Assembly: GCA_951406725.2 (NCBI GenBank)
Contig: OX597817.1
Coordinates: 11,966,001-12,030,000, forward strand
Origin: Octopus vulgaris
Lineage: Eukaryota
Direction of reading: 5' to 3'
Length of the DNA: 64,000 bases
A program made the translations under genes and the position numbers. Position 1 is the first letter of the stretch. The number at the start of each line of letters is the position of its first letter. Below are positions 38,614 to 52,760 of the stretch, in pieces. The notes below the pieces were generated by a model. It searched no databases. It saw nothing but the letters and a program-made list of their open reading frames with translations, and was not told the origin of the DNA.

Positions 38614-38822
38614 TTGTGTGTCTGTGTTTGTCCCCCCAGCATCGCTTGACAACTGATGCTGGTGTGTTTACGTTCCCGTAACTTAGCAGTTGGCAAAAGA
38701 AACCGATAGAATAAATACTAGGCTTACAAAGAATAAGACCTGGAGTCGTCGATTTGCTCGACTAAAGGCGGTGCTCCAGCATGGCCACAGTCAAATGACT
38801 GAAACAAGTAAAAGAGTAGAGT
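38369..38822 (+). mobile_element. SINE family A, full length
   Basis: Complete copy. Confidence 0.92.
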
Positions 38823-39041
38823 ATCATTGAAATGATACCGAACTTTGCAGAGTAAAAAATTCGTACATTGTATATCGAGTTCAATGCATTTATTCTTGTT
38901 TTAAACTTCGACTAATGTCTACGGTTTGCGTTCGTAATGGTCCTCATTCCTGTTTTGTTTTTGTGTTTTTCACTAAACTGAATAGGTCTTGTGTTCATAC
39001 GGCTCGTTCTCCGTTGCTTTCTTTTCACGCAACATGTAACC

Positions 39042-39270
39042 TATTTCTTTATTACCCACAAGGGGCTAAACATAGAAGGGACAAACAAGGACAGACATAG
39101 GTATTAAGTCGATTACATCGACCCCAATGCGTAACTGGTACTTAATTTATCGACCCCGAAAGGATGAAAGGTAAAGTCGACCGCGGCGGAATTTGAACTC
39201 ACAACCTAGCGGCAGACGAAATACCGATAAGCATTTCGCCCGGCGTGCTAACGATTCTGCCAAGTCGCCA
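39042..39270 (-). mobile_element. Family B SINE with 18-bp TSD
   Basis: TSD ttcacgcaacatgtaacc at 39024-39041 and 39271-39288. Confidence 0.95.
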
Positions 39271-39649
39271 TTCACGCAACATGTAACCATAGATCAATTC
39301 TCTGATGACCTCTGAACAGCTTGGTTCTACGTAATTGTGACTCTCGGCTGCATCTTGTTCCGTACATGTTGTCTTTATCAACGAGGATGACATTTTATAT
39401 GGTATGAAGCAGGTACTCGAACATTTCATGCTATTTTGTCATAAACCATTATATTTTGCTAAACTGTCATTTTCTAATATACTATTTGTAGTATCGCGCG
39501 GCCATCAAATTTTCCGCTCACACACATTCGCTTGCTTCTTCCTGCTATTAGGCTCTAACTGTCATCCACACACGTGTGTGCGTGTGTGTGTATGTATGTA
39601 CATATTCGCATGTGCACATACACACATATATACACACATACATACATAC

Positions 39650-39696
<47 letters not shown>

Positions 39697-39705
39697 GTGT
39701 ACATA

Positions 39706-40110
39706 TACTCTTTAACTCTTTTACTTGTTTCAGTCATTTGACTGCGGCCATGCTGGAGCACCGCCTTTAGTCGAGCAAGTCGACTCCGGGACTTATTCTT
39801 TGTAAGCCCAGTACTTATTTTATCGGTCTCTTTTGCCGAACCGCTAAGTAACGGGGACATAAACACACTAGCATCGGTTGTCAAGCAATGCTAGGGGGAC
39901 AGACACACAAACATATACACACACACTTATATATATATACATATATACGACAGGCTTCTTTCAGTTTCCGTCTACCAAATCCACTCACAAGGCATTGGTC
40001 GGCCCGGCGCTATAGCAGAAGACACTTGCCCAACATGCCACGCAGTGGGACTGAACCCGGAACCATGTGGCTGGTTAGCAAGCTACTTACCACACAGCCA
40101 CTCCTGCACC
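39706..40110 (-). mobile_element. SINE family A, full length
   Basis: Complete copy. Confidence 0.92.
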
Positions 40111-40137
40111 TATGTATATATAGAGAGAGAGTGGGAG

Positions 40138-40208
<71 letters not shown>

Positions 40209-42309
40209 ATGAATGAAAGAAAGAAAGAATGAAAGAAAGAATGAAAGGGCTTTTTCTCGCGACATTTTCTTTTCACGTTGTACAGTCTGATCTTTCAGTC
40301 ACCTTAATTTTAGGAGAATGTGAAACTGAAACAGCGAAAGTAATCTGCGTATGCAAAATTTGATTTAAAAAAAAAAAGATATAAAAATGTTATCACGCCC
40401 TGATGTAAACGAAGAAGCATCAATGTTTCGAGTAAAGTCCTTTTACCGCTGCGCGTGCGTTATTAGCAAATAATGGTTAGAAACAGTCACTATAGAAGGC
40501 GTCAGTATATTGTTGTAAGTCATAAGTCATTATGTAAGCTTTATGTCTATACCTCGTCCTAGGGTGTTTTTACATATTTATCCTCTGTCGCATGTGTTCG
40601 ACTCAAGCCTTGGCCTGAGAATAACTCCTGTCACGGCTATCTTAAATAGGATTTTTTGTCCCCTTTTTCTTCTGAGTATTTAAAAGCACATACGTGAGGC
40701 AATGTATAATTGCTAACTATTTTCATGGTTTACAACATTGAGCCAAAATCTCATGAAATAATAATAATTCGTTGAGAGTCACTTAGTGTTTATTTACCCA
40801 TTGATAGATGCATCTATTCGGAAAATTCAGGCAACTGACTTTTCACTGATCACATTTACATGCGATAAATAAATATTTATTGACTTGTACTTTTTCCTCT
40901 CCTCATATAAGAGTGAAGATTTAAATATTGATCAATTAACCTTGATTCTCAAATCTTCTATTATTTATTTATATAGTATTTATTTATCGACCTTCTGTGA
41001 ACTCTGCCTCAGTGCAATGACACCATTAAGACTAAATGTTTTTCTTTAAAGAATATCCAACGTAGAAGTAACCTAAATAGCTCTTTCATAGTTTTGTTTT
41101 TGTTTTTTATATGTACATATATTTGCTGTTTGTCTACTGTTTTTTGTCTATGGAATGCTCTGAATGATACAGGAAATGCATTTGTTTTCTTTTAGCGTGT
41201 GAACATGAAATAAAGAATGAAAACCATTAATCCTCGTTTACTGACCTTCAGATTTAGTTATTTAGATCTATAAGCCTTTCGTGAAGTAAAATGATTCATT
41301 ATTGAAAATATTTCAAATGTGCAAAAAAACATTTCCGTGTTTTCTTAAGCAGATAGAAACTACCTTCATTAACACTTTTGGGTTTAATTTTTATATATGA
41401 CTCTTTATAACACAATGCAGGCCTTAAACTTTCAACCCGAATGAATATCTCACAAGCTTGGTGTGTGACAAGAGTGGAAATTTTCACACAAAATGTTTTA
41501 CGTGTTGGAAAAGTTATAAAACAGAAAGAAAGCAAACCATTTCGTTAAAAAAAAGAAGCGAGATAAACACACAAGCATAACATTCTGTGAATATGTATGT
41601 CAGAGAGGAAAAAAAAGGAGAGAGAATGAGAGTGTGAGTTCGAGCGTGTGTGTGTGTGTGTGTATGTGTGTGTGAGTGAGTGTGTGTGTGTTTGTTGCTA
41701 CATATAACGAACGAATGAATGTCTCATTCAATAAATCAATCCGCACACACATATGCACAAGTAGACACGTAAATATATTCCTATGTGTAAATTTTCAAGA
41801 AAGGAGAATGAAATTGACTGCAGGATATTCATGCTTTTTCTATGATCAATAATGGCGTAAATATATTGAATTGGTTTTAAACGGTACCAGAATTTTTTAT
41901 ACTTGTGCGAATATGAATGTTTATTACTTTCACCTTGGAGTAAGACAATGTTTAAAATATAAAACATATTATTAAACCATGTATATAAACATCAATTAAT
42001 AATACTGTCTTCTATTTTAAAGAAACATCTTGCATCTGGTAGAAGCACCTCTTCGTAGTCCATAGAGCAAATTATGTAGGTGAATGAATAGAGTACTCAC
42101 AGGTTCCACCATTAAGGTCTACATACGACATGGCATCTATAGAAAACAGTGATATCAAGGCATGAACATAGATCTACAACGGACATTTTGATGACATATT
42201 TATCGTTAAGGACGTCATGGAAAATGACGAAAAACTAAAGGAAGACCAAAAACAATTATTCAAAACACGAGTATCGAGGATAGCCTAAAAAAAGACTTTC
42301 TTTAGCCAC

Positions 42310-42705
42310 AAGTGGCAGCGTGGTAAGTAGCTTGCTCACCAACCACATGGTTCTGGGTTCTGTCCCACTGCGTAACACCTTGGGCAAGTGTTTTCTACTA
42401 TAGCTTCGGGCTGACCAAAGCCTTGTGAGTGGATTTGTCGGACGGGAGACCTGAAGGACGCCCTTGTATATATGTGTGTGCATATATATGTGTGCATTGT
42501 ATATATGTGTGTATGTCCCCACCATCACTTGACACCCGATGCTGGTGTGTTTACGTCCCCGTAGTTTAGCGGTTCGGCAAAAGAACCCGATAGAATGAGT
42601 ACTAGGCTTACAAGCAATAAGTCCTGGGGTCAATTTGTTCGACTAAAGGCGGTGCTCCAGCATGGCTACAGTCAAATAAGTGAAACAAATAAAAGAATAC
42701 AAGAA
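42310..42705 (+). mobile_element. SINE family A, older
   Basis: Head, core and tail. Confidence 0.88.
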
Positions 42706-42709
42706 AAAT

Positions 42710-43130
42710 ACATTAAATATAAACCTGGAAAATAACCGAGATATCACTAAAGTCATAAATACCTAGACTTATATGAAGACAGTGAATGTCCACATAGATA
42801 TAAGATGTCGGTGGTGATATCTTTATTTCATTCAAATTTACATTCTAGCCCAAAAACGAAATGCTATATGAAGAATTTTACGCAATGATTCAAAAGTAGT
42901 CGACAACGGTTATACTAAAAAGTGAGTAAAGCAAGTTATAGAACAACACAGAACTAATTCAATGCAATGAATATATCAACGATGATATCTGTTTAAAGTA
43001 ATCAAACCATAAATGACGTGTATTGAAAGAATAACATGCATAGGGGCTATAAAGTTACAAACAGTTTTAATGTAGTGCGCATGAAAAACATAATTAGAAA
43101 TAATTATGCGTTTGGGGAAAAAACAACAAT
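42710..43130 (+). pseudogene. Possible Penelope-like RT C-terminal remnant
   Basis: Fragments YLDL, VDNGYTKK*VKQVI, MKNIIRNN resemble PLE RT thumb/linker; heavily decayed. Confidence 0.3.
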
Positions 43131-43144
43131 ATCTCAGTTACTAA

Positions 43145-43517
43145 TCTTTATATATAAAAGTGAGGTTGTGTGCTGTCTGTCTCCTACGATTTAGATTCCT
43201 AACTACAGTTTAACCAAAACCGGGTATCTTATAGTCGTGATTCATATCGAGCCCTTCTGGGTATTAGCGCGCGTCTACGATGAGTCTACGATTTAAAAAA
43301 AATTTACCATCATTTTTTCCATTTTAATGCATTTTTTTCGCTATTAAATAAGGGAAGTAACTCTCTAAAAATGTCTACGATGAGTCAACGATTTAAAAAA
43401 AGATTTACCATCATTTTTCCCCATTTTTTTTTTGCTATTTTTTGGCTATAACTCTCTAAAAATGCTTATATAGTTATTTCCCTTACAAACCCGAGCAACG
43501 CCGGGCGATACTGCTAG
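43145..43517 (+). mobile_element. Non-autonomous Helitron
   Basis: A|TC start, subterminal CCCGAGCAACGCCGGG hairpin, CTAG|T end, no TSD; second copy at 54196. Confidence 0.88.
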
Positions 43518-44163
43518 TATTAGATAAATCATTTCAGCTACAAATATGTTAACTTAAGACATATTTCAATCTTAGTAATTTTTCTTTTTCTGAAGCACGT
43601 TCTCTACCTAACTTTCTAAAGTAGAGAATTCCGTTTTTACACTTTATGCTCCTCGACGAACACTTGATGACAATCACAGAGCAAACCCTTCGATATTCAG
43701 TGTAGATATATGAAACAATTTTATCACAGTAAAGTTGATGTTAATACTCCAGAAAATTATAACTGCATTAAAAAACAACATTTCTATACAGAATTGTTCA
43801 CATAGGCAGGTGATTGACTAATAATGGAAGTGATACTAATTCCACAAGACAATGCTAGACCTGCACAAATGTAGCGTACGTTACTTACAAACACTTTGTG
43901 AATAATGAAAGAGAACGGCCAATGCTCTGTAATTTAAACTTGCAATGCACTAGTCCTACTAGTCCTATGAAGCAGCAGTTTGAAATAGCAGTAACACACA
44001 CCAACACCAATCACTCCATCCAGACGTGAAGATCTAAACACGATAATGGATTTAGGAACAGTAAAAAGAACTGATAAACAAGAAAGAATCTTAGTAAAAT
44101 AAAGGTAGAACAGCCGTGCTTTTCATTACAAATATTTAAAAGAAAAGCTTTTCCTCAAATATG

Positions 44164-44250
<87 letters not shown>

Positions 44251-44536
44251 TTGTGTATGTATGCATGAATGCGTGCATCTATGTATGCATGTACGTATGT
44301 ATGTTTTTAAGGATATTTACGTGAGTAATACAAATCGGTATAAATTTCTAGAGAAAAAAATACCTCAAAAGTTGAAAGTATCAACAAAACTACCCAGTGA
44401 AACCGAACCTCGAATCTCCTGCTGGCAGTGCAAGCGTGCATTACAGTGAAGTTACAATCCCGACGCAGAATAAGTTCACACATGTTTATCTGATTGCAAA
44501 GCAATAGCAGTTTAACGTAAGCCTCATACGGTTTGT

Positions 44537-44845
44537 TTAGTAAATTGGCATAAATAGAAAGTTATCTCCAGATTCATGGAGTCTGTACGTCGTCGCTGAA
44601 CCTGATAGAAATTGCTGTAAAATTTCTCTCAATTCATACTCTACCGTTAAAAAACGCAGGGATACCATCTTATATGCTGTGTCAGCTGGTGTCGGTTCAG
44701 CTGAGTGGCGCATTCTCTGAATGACAGATATAAAAAACAAGACCGCTTCAAATATCTGAATCACAAGTCGTGGACCAAATCTATTAATAAGGAATGAACT
44801 GGCATAATACGGCAGAGCCCTAAATTCAGAATAACTCTTAAACAA
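44537..44845 (-). pseudogene. Probable PIF/Harbinger (HARBI1-like) transposase remnant
   Basis: IQRMRHS...MVSLRFLTV...ILQQFLSGSAT resembles the MR..I...TLRFLATG...F..G.ST HTH motif. Confidence 0.4.
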
Positions 44846-45955
44846 AAAACTTTACCAGATGTCCTACTATCTCCAATAGTAACAAAACTTGGGGTCTGTG
44901 CACCCAAAGCTAGATTGAGATATCAGCAGCAGAAAGGCCATAGGTGATCTGATTGAGATTCTTTATATTCTAGCTGGCTCATCTTTGATGACCTGGAACG
45001 GAACAGCAAGACATGCTGTCTTTAAAGAATATGTCAATACTTCATTTTTTAAATTCTTTTCATGAATATGGTATGTATATTTTTCGAAGCACATAAATGA
45101 TATGATTATCCTTTTTCTTAATAAACCTATTTCGTCTCCGCACGAGGTAAGCTGTGTTAAGACATATGAAAGATAACAACGTTAACACCTTTAAGACAAT
45201 GAGATTTATACTGAAATTCAGAATCAGGTGCACCCCTTGTGCATATAATCACTACCTCTGCAATGACAACGTGAATTTTATTTTTACCAGTCAATACAAC
45301 AGACACCTTCAGTAGAAAGACAAATCTAATTTCTAAATGCTGCCACGAGAACAAGTATTCCCTGTTTAATGTTAACAGAATTATTGAACCATATTAAACG
45401 TAATCACGTGCGCAAATGAATTTTTGTAGACCGTAATCATGTGAGCACCAGAAAGCGTAAGTTAACATCGTAACATATCACGACATATGAAGTCGACGGC
45501 TAAGTCAATCATCCAACAACCCAGGGCTGTGTATGATTTCTCCACGGACCAGGGAATAAAACTGTGTAGGTGAATGCTGGAACTATTACTAATGTAATAA
45601 ATATTTACTCTGTCTAAAGTGTGGGATTCTATCTAGAATTACTGAGTAAAAAACAATGTTTACAAACATATTACACAAATATATTTGCAAATAATATTTG
45701 CAAACATTTCACAAACAAGTGCACAAAGGTAGGAGCATACATATGGATGTATATTATAAATATTTTATATCAAATATATGAAATATATATACCTATGTAT
45801 ATATTTTAATACGGAGTAAATAATTCACGAAAACATAATTTGCGAAGATATCTCTGCTATGTATATAAATATATATATGTATGTGTGTGTGTGTTTCCCT
45901 ACGAAGAGCACTTATTCTTAATTCAGTATATTGTATTCTCATTGAATATATTTGA

Positions 45956-46004
<49 letters not shown>

Positions 46005-46033
46005 CATACATACATACATATATACATACACAG

Positions 46034-46092
<59 letters not shown>

Positions 46093-46096
<4 letters not shown>

Positions 46097-47140
46097 AAAT
46101 TCTCATATGGCTATTGTTCCCAAACACAAAGGAGAGAATTTCGATTATTCCCTCGTGGTGAGTCGTAATGTAAAAATATTTATAAAATAAAAGAAGGAAT
46201 TTACATAGTTTTGATATATTTTTAATATACTTTATATTGTGTTTGTCGACCGATTTCGCTTTCGCTAATCATGACATTGAAATTATTGTAATTTACTATT
46301 TTCTTAAGAAGATTTTAGCCCATGGTGCGTGTGGAGAAGTTTATGAATGAATGATTCAACATGCAGAAAAATCTAAGGAAAGGTAATTAGTGATCGTTAT
46401 TACTGAGGACAAGTGAGATAATTTTTCATCTTTTGCGGAAGAACTAAATATACACAAAATCTTGAAAGTTAAAGCAGTGAGAAGAAATATGTACTGTAAT
46501 GGGCATGTGATCATGAATTAAAATATATACTGAGATCAAAGTTGGTTATGAGTTCATATTTAGACGTGTTCTGTATTTGTTCGATGAACAAATTTTCTTT
46601 ATTTAAACGTTCTTTTATCGAAATTATTTCTTTGCGCTGGTAGATGGAGAAAACTGTGAAGTTTGGTTGGATATTACCTGCACATCTCTCTATGTGTTCA
46701 CTGAAAGGAATCTGTCTGTATTGCGGGAACCGGATCTGTTCCTTAAGTAGTGTGTTTCTCCGTCTCAATGTCATACTTGTCTCTCCTATATAGTTATGTC
46801 CACAAACTGAGCAAGTTATAACATAAATTAGATTCTCGGAAGGTCAAGTGAAGTTGGATTTAATTGTGAACCTCTCTCCTTGTTTGAATATGAATTCCGA
46901 GCATCCCAATAGGTTGGGTCATGTTCCACAGTTAAGGTTTCCACATTTTTTAACCGTTGGTTTCATGGTTGTTGTGTAAAGCTTCGCATTTGTTAGAAGT
47001 CTTTTTAGCGGTTTGTTTTGCCTTTTGCGTTTGATGAATTTATGTGTTTTCAGAATATTGTTCATTTTTAGATCTCTAGTGAACATAGGCAGATTTTTGT
47101 ACAATATGCCTAATTGTTTTATAGGGTTGTGAGTTGATAT
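46093..47140 (-). mobile_element. Penelope-like element 3' part: GIY-YIG endonuclease plus pLTR, in (TA)n
   Basis: KCGNLNCGT...SENLIYVITCSVCGHNYIGETSMTLRRR..., stops present; hammerhead downstream on the same strand. Confidence 0.9.
46244..46276 (-). ncRNA. Minimal hammerhead ribozyme, A3-U8 variant
   Basis: TGTC-ATGATTA-GC-GAAA-GC-GAAATCGGT-C-GACA. Confidence 0.75.
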
Positions 47141-47149
47141 ATATACACG

Positions 47150-47211
<62 letters not shown>

Positions 47212-47378
47212 AGGTTAACTTAACCCGAATGCAAAACGCTAAAGCGAAGTTGTTTTCAGTGGGACCCGTTCATTCCAGTGGCATATCAGAATGATCATGA
47301 GTGATATATATATCTATACATACAAAATTCACAATCATGCAAATGCAAATACAAATACACACACACATATATACATTC

Positions 47379-47413
<35 letters not shown>

Positions 47414-47545
47414 CATATACATGGGTGTGTACAAATGAATGTATATGTACGTATAATCCTATTACCGTTAGATACTGTGCACATACATATATGCAGAATC
47501 ATGTCCTAAACACACGGGAAAAAATGTATGTATGTACGTATATAA

Positions 47546-47587
<42 letters not shown>

Positions 47588-48347
47588 GCACACACACACA
47601 TACATACATAAAAGAATGCATGTATTATATATGTTATATACATATATATTATACGCGCACGCACGCACAAATACGCGCGCACACATACGCACACACGCAC
47701 GCACACGCACGTGCGCGTGCAAACTCACACACAGATACGCACGCACATACACACACATAGATATACGTACACATACAACCCGAATATTCTTAATTAACAC
47801 AGCTTGAAATATCGCAATTTTTTAATTAACAAGCTTTAGAAATTGATATTAATTCCTGAAAATTATAAATCACAATACGGATTTAAATTGTCGCAAAGTC
47901 GTGAAGTACCTTCATTGAGAGGAAATGCTCAAGCTGACTTATGAAAAATCAAAAAAGCTATAATTCATATTCATATCGTGTATAGAATTCCAGTACACTT
48001 AAAGGCTGTAAACAGTATTTGGACGATCTAACAAAGAGATATAAGTGAGTATTTTTGAATAGCGGTTATAAAATTATATTTTTCTCCGACCGAAGAAGCG
48101 AACGCTAGTATTTTGAAAGTTATATTGAATTTTGACAATGACATTTGGTCATACTGCTGTCATTGGGGATTCATACAGTTGTGTGAAAGTCATAATTTTG
48201 ATAAACGAACATCATATTCCAATTACTATTTTAAAGTATAATGTTTGATAAGAACGGTAAAAAAAATACATTTCTATGTAACTATACACATATACACACA
48301 CAAATACACACGCAAACACACACACACTCACACACGCACGCACACAC

Positions 48348-48404
<57 letters not shown>

Positions 48405-48437
48405 CTTTATTTAAAGCAGCAGAAAATTCAACAAAAC

Positions 48438-48475
48438 CTGTTACTCTGAGTTTCCCGTTGCCGTTCATCGGACAG
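48438..48475 (-). ncRNA. Minimal hammerhead ribozyme, U4C variant, in a ~130-bp insert between (TA)n tracts
   Basis: CTGT-CCGATGA-A-CG-GCAA-CG-G-GAAACTCAGAGT-A-ACAG. Confidence 0.75.
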
Positions 48476-48532
48476 TCTTTGCTAGCAAAGTACTCTTTTT
48501 TCCACCTTGTTTCACATTTATGTGTTTACTCC

Positions 48533-48572
<40 letters not shown>

Positions 48573-48626
48573 AATATATATATATATATTATAATAATAA
48601 TGATTATTATTAGTATTATTATAATA

Positions 48627-48721
<95 letters not shown>

Positions 48722-48748
48722 GCACACACACACATATATATATATATA

Positions 48749-49165
48749 TACTCTTTTACTCTTTACTCTTTTACTTGTTTCAGTCATTTGACTGCGGCCA
48801 TGCTGGAGCACCGCCTTTAGTCGAGCAAATCGGCCCCGGGACTTATTCTTTGTAAGCCCATTACTTATTCTATCGGCTCTTTTGCTGAACCGCTAAGTTA
48901 CGGGGACGTAAACAGACCAGCATCGGTTGTCAAGCAATGCTAAGGGGACAAACACAGACAAGCAGATATATACACACACATACATATACATATATATACA
49001 TATATACGACAGGCTTCTTTCAGTTTCCGTCTACCAAATCCACTCACAAGGCATTGGTCGGCCCGGGGCTATAGCAGAAGACACTTGCCCAAGATGCCGC
49101 GCAGTGGGACTGGACCCGGAACCATGTGCTTGGTTAGCAAGCTACTTACCACACAGCCATTCCTA
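48749..49165 (-). mobile_element. SINE family A, full length
   Basis: Complete copy. Confidence 0.92.
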
Positions 49166-49803
49166 TATATATATATAAATATATATATAACTACAAAGGT
49201 TACAGAGTTTGGTATATATTCAATTTTTCTTTTAATTTTAACAGTTAATTACACAACATAGTTTGTTAAAATGACCAACACGTGTTTCTGCTCAGTGAAG
49301 AATGTGGAGTTGCATATTTAACCTGCAATAAAGTGAAGGGGAAATGCTGAAATTTGATATGATTATAAAATTTACTCAGAATCTGATTTACATGTTAACC
49401 TTAGATGCAAAACAAAACAGATTTCTCTACACTAAATTAAGTCAAAGTATACATCTTAGTGTTTTGATACAACCTCATCGATGTATTAAAAGAAATTAAA
49501 TATAGATAAATTTAATTCAATTAATTGAAGTCATATATACTTCAGAAGTCTATATGAAAGGTGCACTTGTTAATTTAGTTTTAGATTATATGGAAGTTAC
49601 TGTGTCCTATAAGTGTTGCTAATGTTTATAAAAAAAAGACATTTAAGCAATTAAGAATATCTATGAGTAGTCGAAAGTTAAACTAAATAATGTCCTGACA
49701 TTCACCCCTTAAACTCAGTCACCTCCCCTCCATGTAGTGGATACTGACCTATTGAATATATGCATGGAAGTATTTAAATGTTTTCGCATGCAGGTGCTGC
49801 TTG

Positions 49804-49856
<53 letters not shown>

Positions 49857-50039
49857 CCCAACATCCCTTGTCCCCCCAACATCCCTTGACAACCGATGCT
49901 TGAAATATTTGCAATTTGTATTTTTACTGCTTATGTTTGCTTCACTTAATATATTTCCGAGATTAAATATTTTAATATACAAAATATACTTCACATTATT
50001 ATATATAGTATACATTCATGCAAAAAAATATTGTGTTTA

Positions 50040-50515
50040 TTGACTATCTTCAAAATGGTCACACTATCAATGGAAATCTCAATGCCAATTTGCTAAGTCA
50101 GTTATGAAAAGCTATCAAGACCAAGCGCCCAGAAAAACTGATGAATGGCTTCTTATTTCATTAGGACAATGCTTCAGCACACAAGTCCTTGCTTTCAATA
50201 GTTGCTGTGCGTGACTGGATTTGAACTGGTTGATCACCCACCCTATGTTAGTGGTTTGGTTCCATTAGATTATCATCTGTCTCTCAACATGAAAAAAACA
50301 CTCGGCTGGGCACCAGTACCGCTGAGATGATGACGTCTTATCTGCCGTTGATGACTTCTTTGACCAAGATAGCTTCTTTACCAGTGCGATCCAAGTACTG
50401 CGATTACATATGGAAGTGTGTGCACAGTAAGAGGAACTACGTTAAAAAAATGAACTTCATTTGGTCGCATTCCATAAGACTGTCTTGCTCAATCTATGAA
50501 CGTTTCAGTCGACCA
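50040..50515 (+). mobile_element. Mariner transposon 3' fragment
   Basis: FH*DNASAHKS, FELVDHPPYVSGLVPLDYHL, WKCVHSKRNYVKK; TIR-like end. Confidence 0.85.
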
Positions 50516-50767
50516 TAATAATAATAAAAATTATTATTATACCAGCATTTCTTGTAATGTTAACATTGAAAAAAATCCACATTTTACGTAAAAAAAAAAT
50601 TGAACCTGGGTTTGCACCACCGAAGAAAATTTTGTTGCCGGGCCACTGGTTGTTTTGACTCTTATTTCTAGCAATACTGGTGCTGAATAGCACCCTCAGT
50701 TGCCTTAGTGACGTATGTATTCTTCCTTTCGGTTGAAAAATTGCTAACAAGCCACCCATATATATAT

Positions 50768-51161
50768 GGTAAGTAGCTTGCTAACCAACCACATGGTTCC
50801 GGGTTCAGTCCCACTGCGTGGCACCTTGGGCTAGTGTCTTCTGCTATAGCCCCGGGCCGACCAATGCCTTGTGAGTGGATTTGGTAGACGGAAACTGAAA
50901 GAAGCTCGTCGTATATATGTCTATATATATAAGTGTGTGTGTTTGTTTTTGTGTTTCTGTGTTTGTCCCTCTAGCATTGCTTGACAACCGATGCTGGTGT
51001 GTTTACGTCCCCGTCACTTAGCGGTTTGGCAAAAGAGACCGATAGAATAAGTACTGGGCTTACAAAAGAATAAGTCCCGGGGTCGATTTGCTCGACTAAA
51101 GGCGGTGCTCCAGCATGGCCGCAGTCAAATGACTGGAACAAGTAAAAGAGAGTAAAAGAGT
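50768..51161 (+). mobile_element. SINE family A
   Basis: Slightly 5'-truncated copy. Confidence 0.92.
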
Positions 51162-51297
51162 ATAATGTACCCCATCATCTACACTCATCAACACTACCAC
51201 CACCAACAAACCAACACCAATACTACCACCTCTACCACCACCACCACCACCACTCCCATCGTCATTACTACCTACAACAACAATTTCCGCATGACTG

Positions 51298-51622
51298 TTA
51301 TAGCCCCGGGCCGACCAATGCCTATTGAGTGGATTTGGTAGACGGAAACTGAAAGAAGCCTGTCGTATATATGTATATATATATAAGTGTGTGTGTGTGT
51401 GTGTGTTTGTGTGTCTGTGTTTGTCCCTCTAGCATTGCTTGACAACCGATGCTGGTGTGTTTACGTCCCCGTCACTTAGCGGTTTGGCAAAAGAGACCGA
51501 TAGAATAAGTACTGGGCTTACAAACGAATAAGTCCCGGGGTCGATTTGCTCGACTAAAAGGCGGTGCTCCAGCATGGCCGCAGTCAAATGACTGAAACAA
51601 GTAAAAGAGTAAAAGAGTAAAG

Positions 51623-51625
<3 letters not shown>
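51298..51625 (+). mobile_element. SINE family A, 5'-truncated sister of 50768
   Basis: Shares gtccctctagc, gcggtttggc and atataagtgtg variants. Confidence 0.9.
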
Positions 51626-51672
<47 letters not shown>

Positions 51673-51713
51673 TGGAAAAAAGATTAGAGATCTATAGAAA
51701 TCAAATTTTTATA

Positions 51714-52500
51714 TATAAAAGATGGAGATGGACACAGCACAGAAGTAAATCTAAGACATTTCAATTTGAGGAATTCAATAAAAATGATTTTAAAAATTAT
51801 ATAAAGAAAATATAACCGGTTTCGATGATGAATCTCATCACACACAAACATACACCCAAAAGGAAACATCGCAAAAAATACACTCACACGCACATACACT
51901 CTCTCACACACACATACACAGCTGGTGACCACACAAATACACACAGGTGGAGACACTCAAAAGAAGACATCTAACCCAATGGAAAATACTAATTCTTTCT
52001 TCAACAAGACATTCATCACAACATACACGACCATCAACACACAGCTAGTCACATTCCAAACATATTGAAAGGGCAGTCAACACAATGCACACACACACAC
52101 ACACTTACACACACACACACTTACACACAGGTGGACATAAACCCATTCAATAAATGCTTTTAAGCCACTCTCTTGGCAGGAAACCATAAAGATTTCTTTT
52201 AGACAATAGACAGCTACACCCCTCACTTACTCTCCAACACTTTGAACTCCATACTCAACTATATTTAAAGAAGAATTCAACGAAAAATCTCCAGACATTT
52301 TTTTGGTCCCCAGACAGAATATAAACTGTTTTTACTCCAAATATTTATAAATTTTTACTGATATTTGATGAGATAAATTTAATCATCGAAACCGATAATA
52401 TTTTCTTTATATAATTTTTAAAATCATTTTTATTAAATTCCTTCTTAAATTGCAATGTCTTAGATTCAATTCTGTGGTATTTCTACCTCCATCTTTTATA
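51714..52500. mobile_element. Element bounded by ~130-bp inverted pLTR-like arms, each with a hammerhead
   Basis: 51714-51840 is the reverse complement of 52366-52500; both read TGATGA-GAT..ATC-GAAACCG(G/A)T outward. Confidence 0.8.
52361..52401 (+). ncRNA. Minimal hammerhead ribozyme, U3 variant
   Basis: ATAT-TTGATGA-GAT-loop-ATC-GAAACCGAT-A-ATAT. Confidence 0.65.
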
Positions 52501-52516
52501 CATACATCTTTTATAC

Positions 52517-52712
52517 ATAGTCAGAATTTACAAAAAAAAACCAAAAGACAAGCAAAACAAATGACGAAGATGGGTGTGTAAACAACAAACAGATGTATTA
52601 GTTTAACGCTCGGGAAGTAAGAAAGTCTTTATGTTTCGAGCCTACGCTCTTCAACAGAAAGGAACACAGAAAATAAACAGAGAGAAATTAAAAAGGTTTA
52701 GTGGCTAGAGAT
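52517..52712 (-). mobile_element. Penelope-like pLTR fragment with degenerate hammerhead (52627-52661)
   Basis: CTTT-CTGTTGA-A-GAGC-GTAG-GCTC-GAAACAT-AAAG; tail TTCCCGAGCGT shared with 30447-30460. Confidence 0.65.
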
Positions 52713-52727
52713 ACACACACACACAGA

Positions 52728-52759
<32 letters not shown>

Positions 52760-52760
<1 letters not shown>

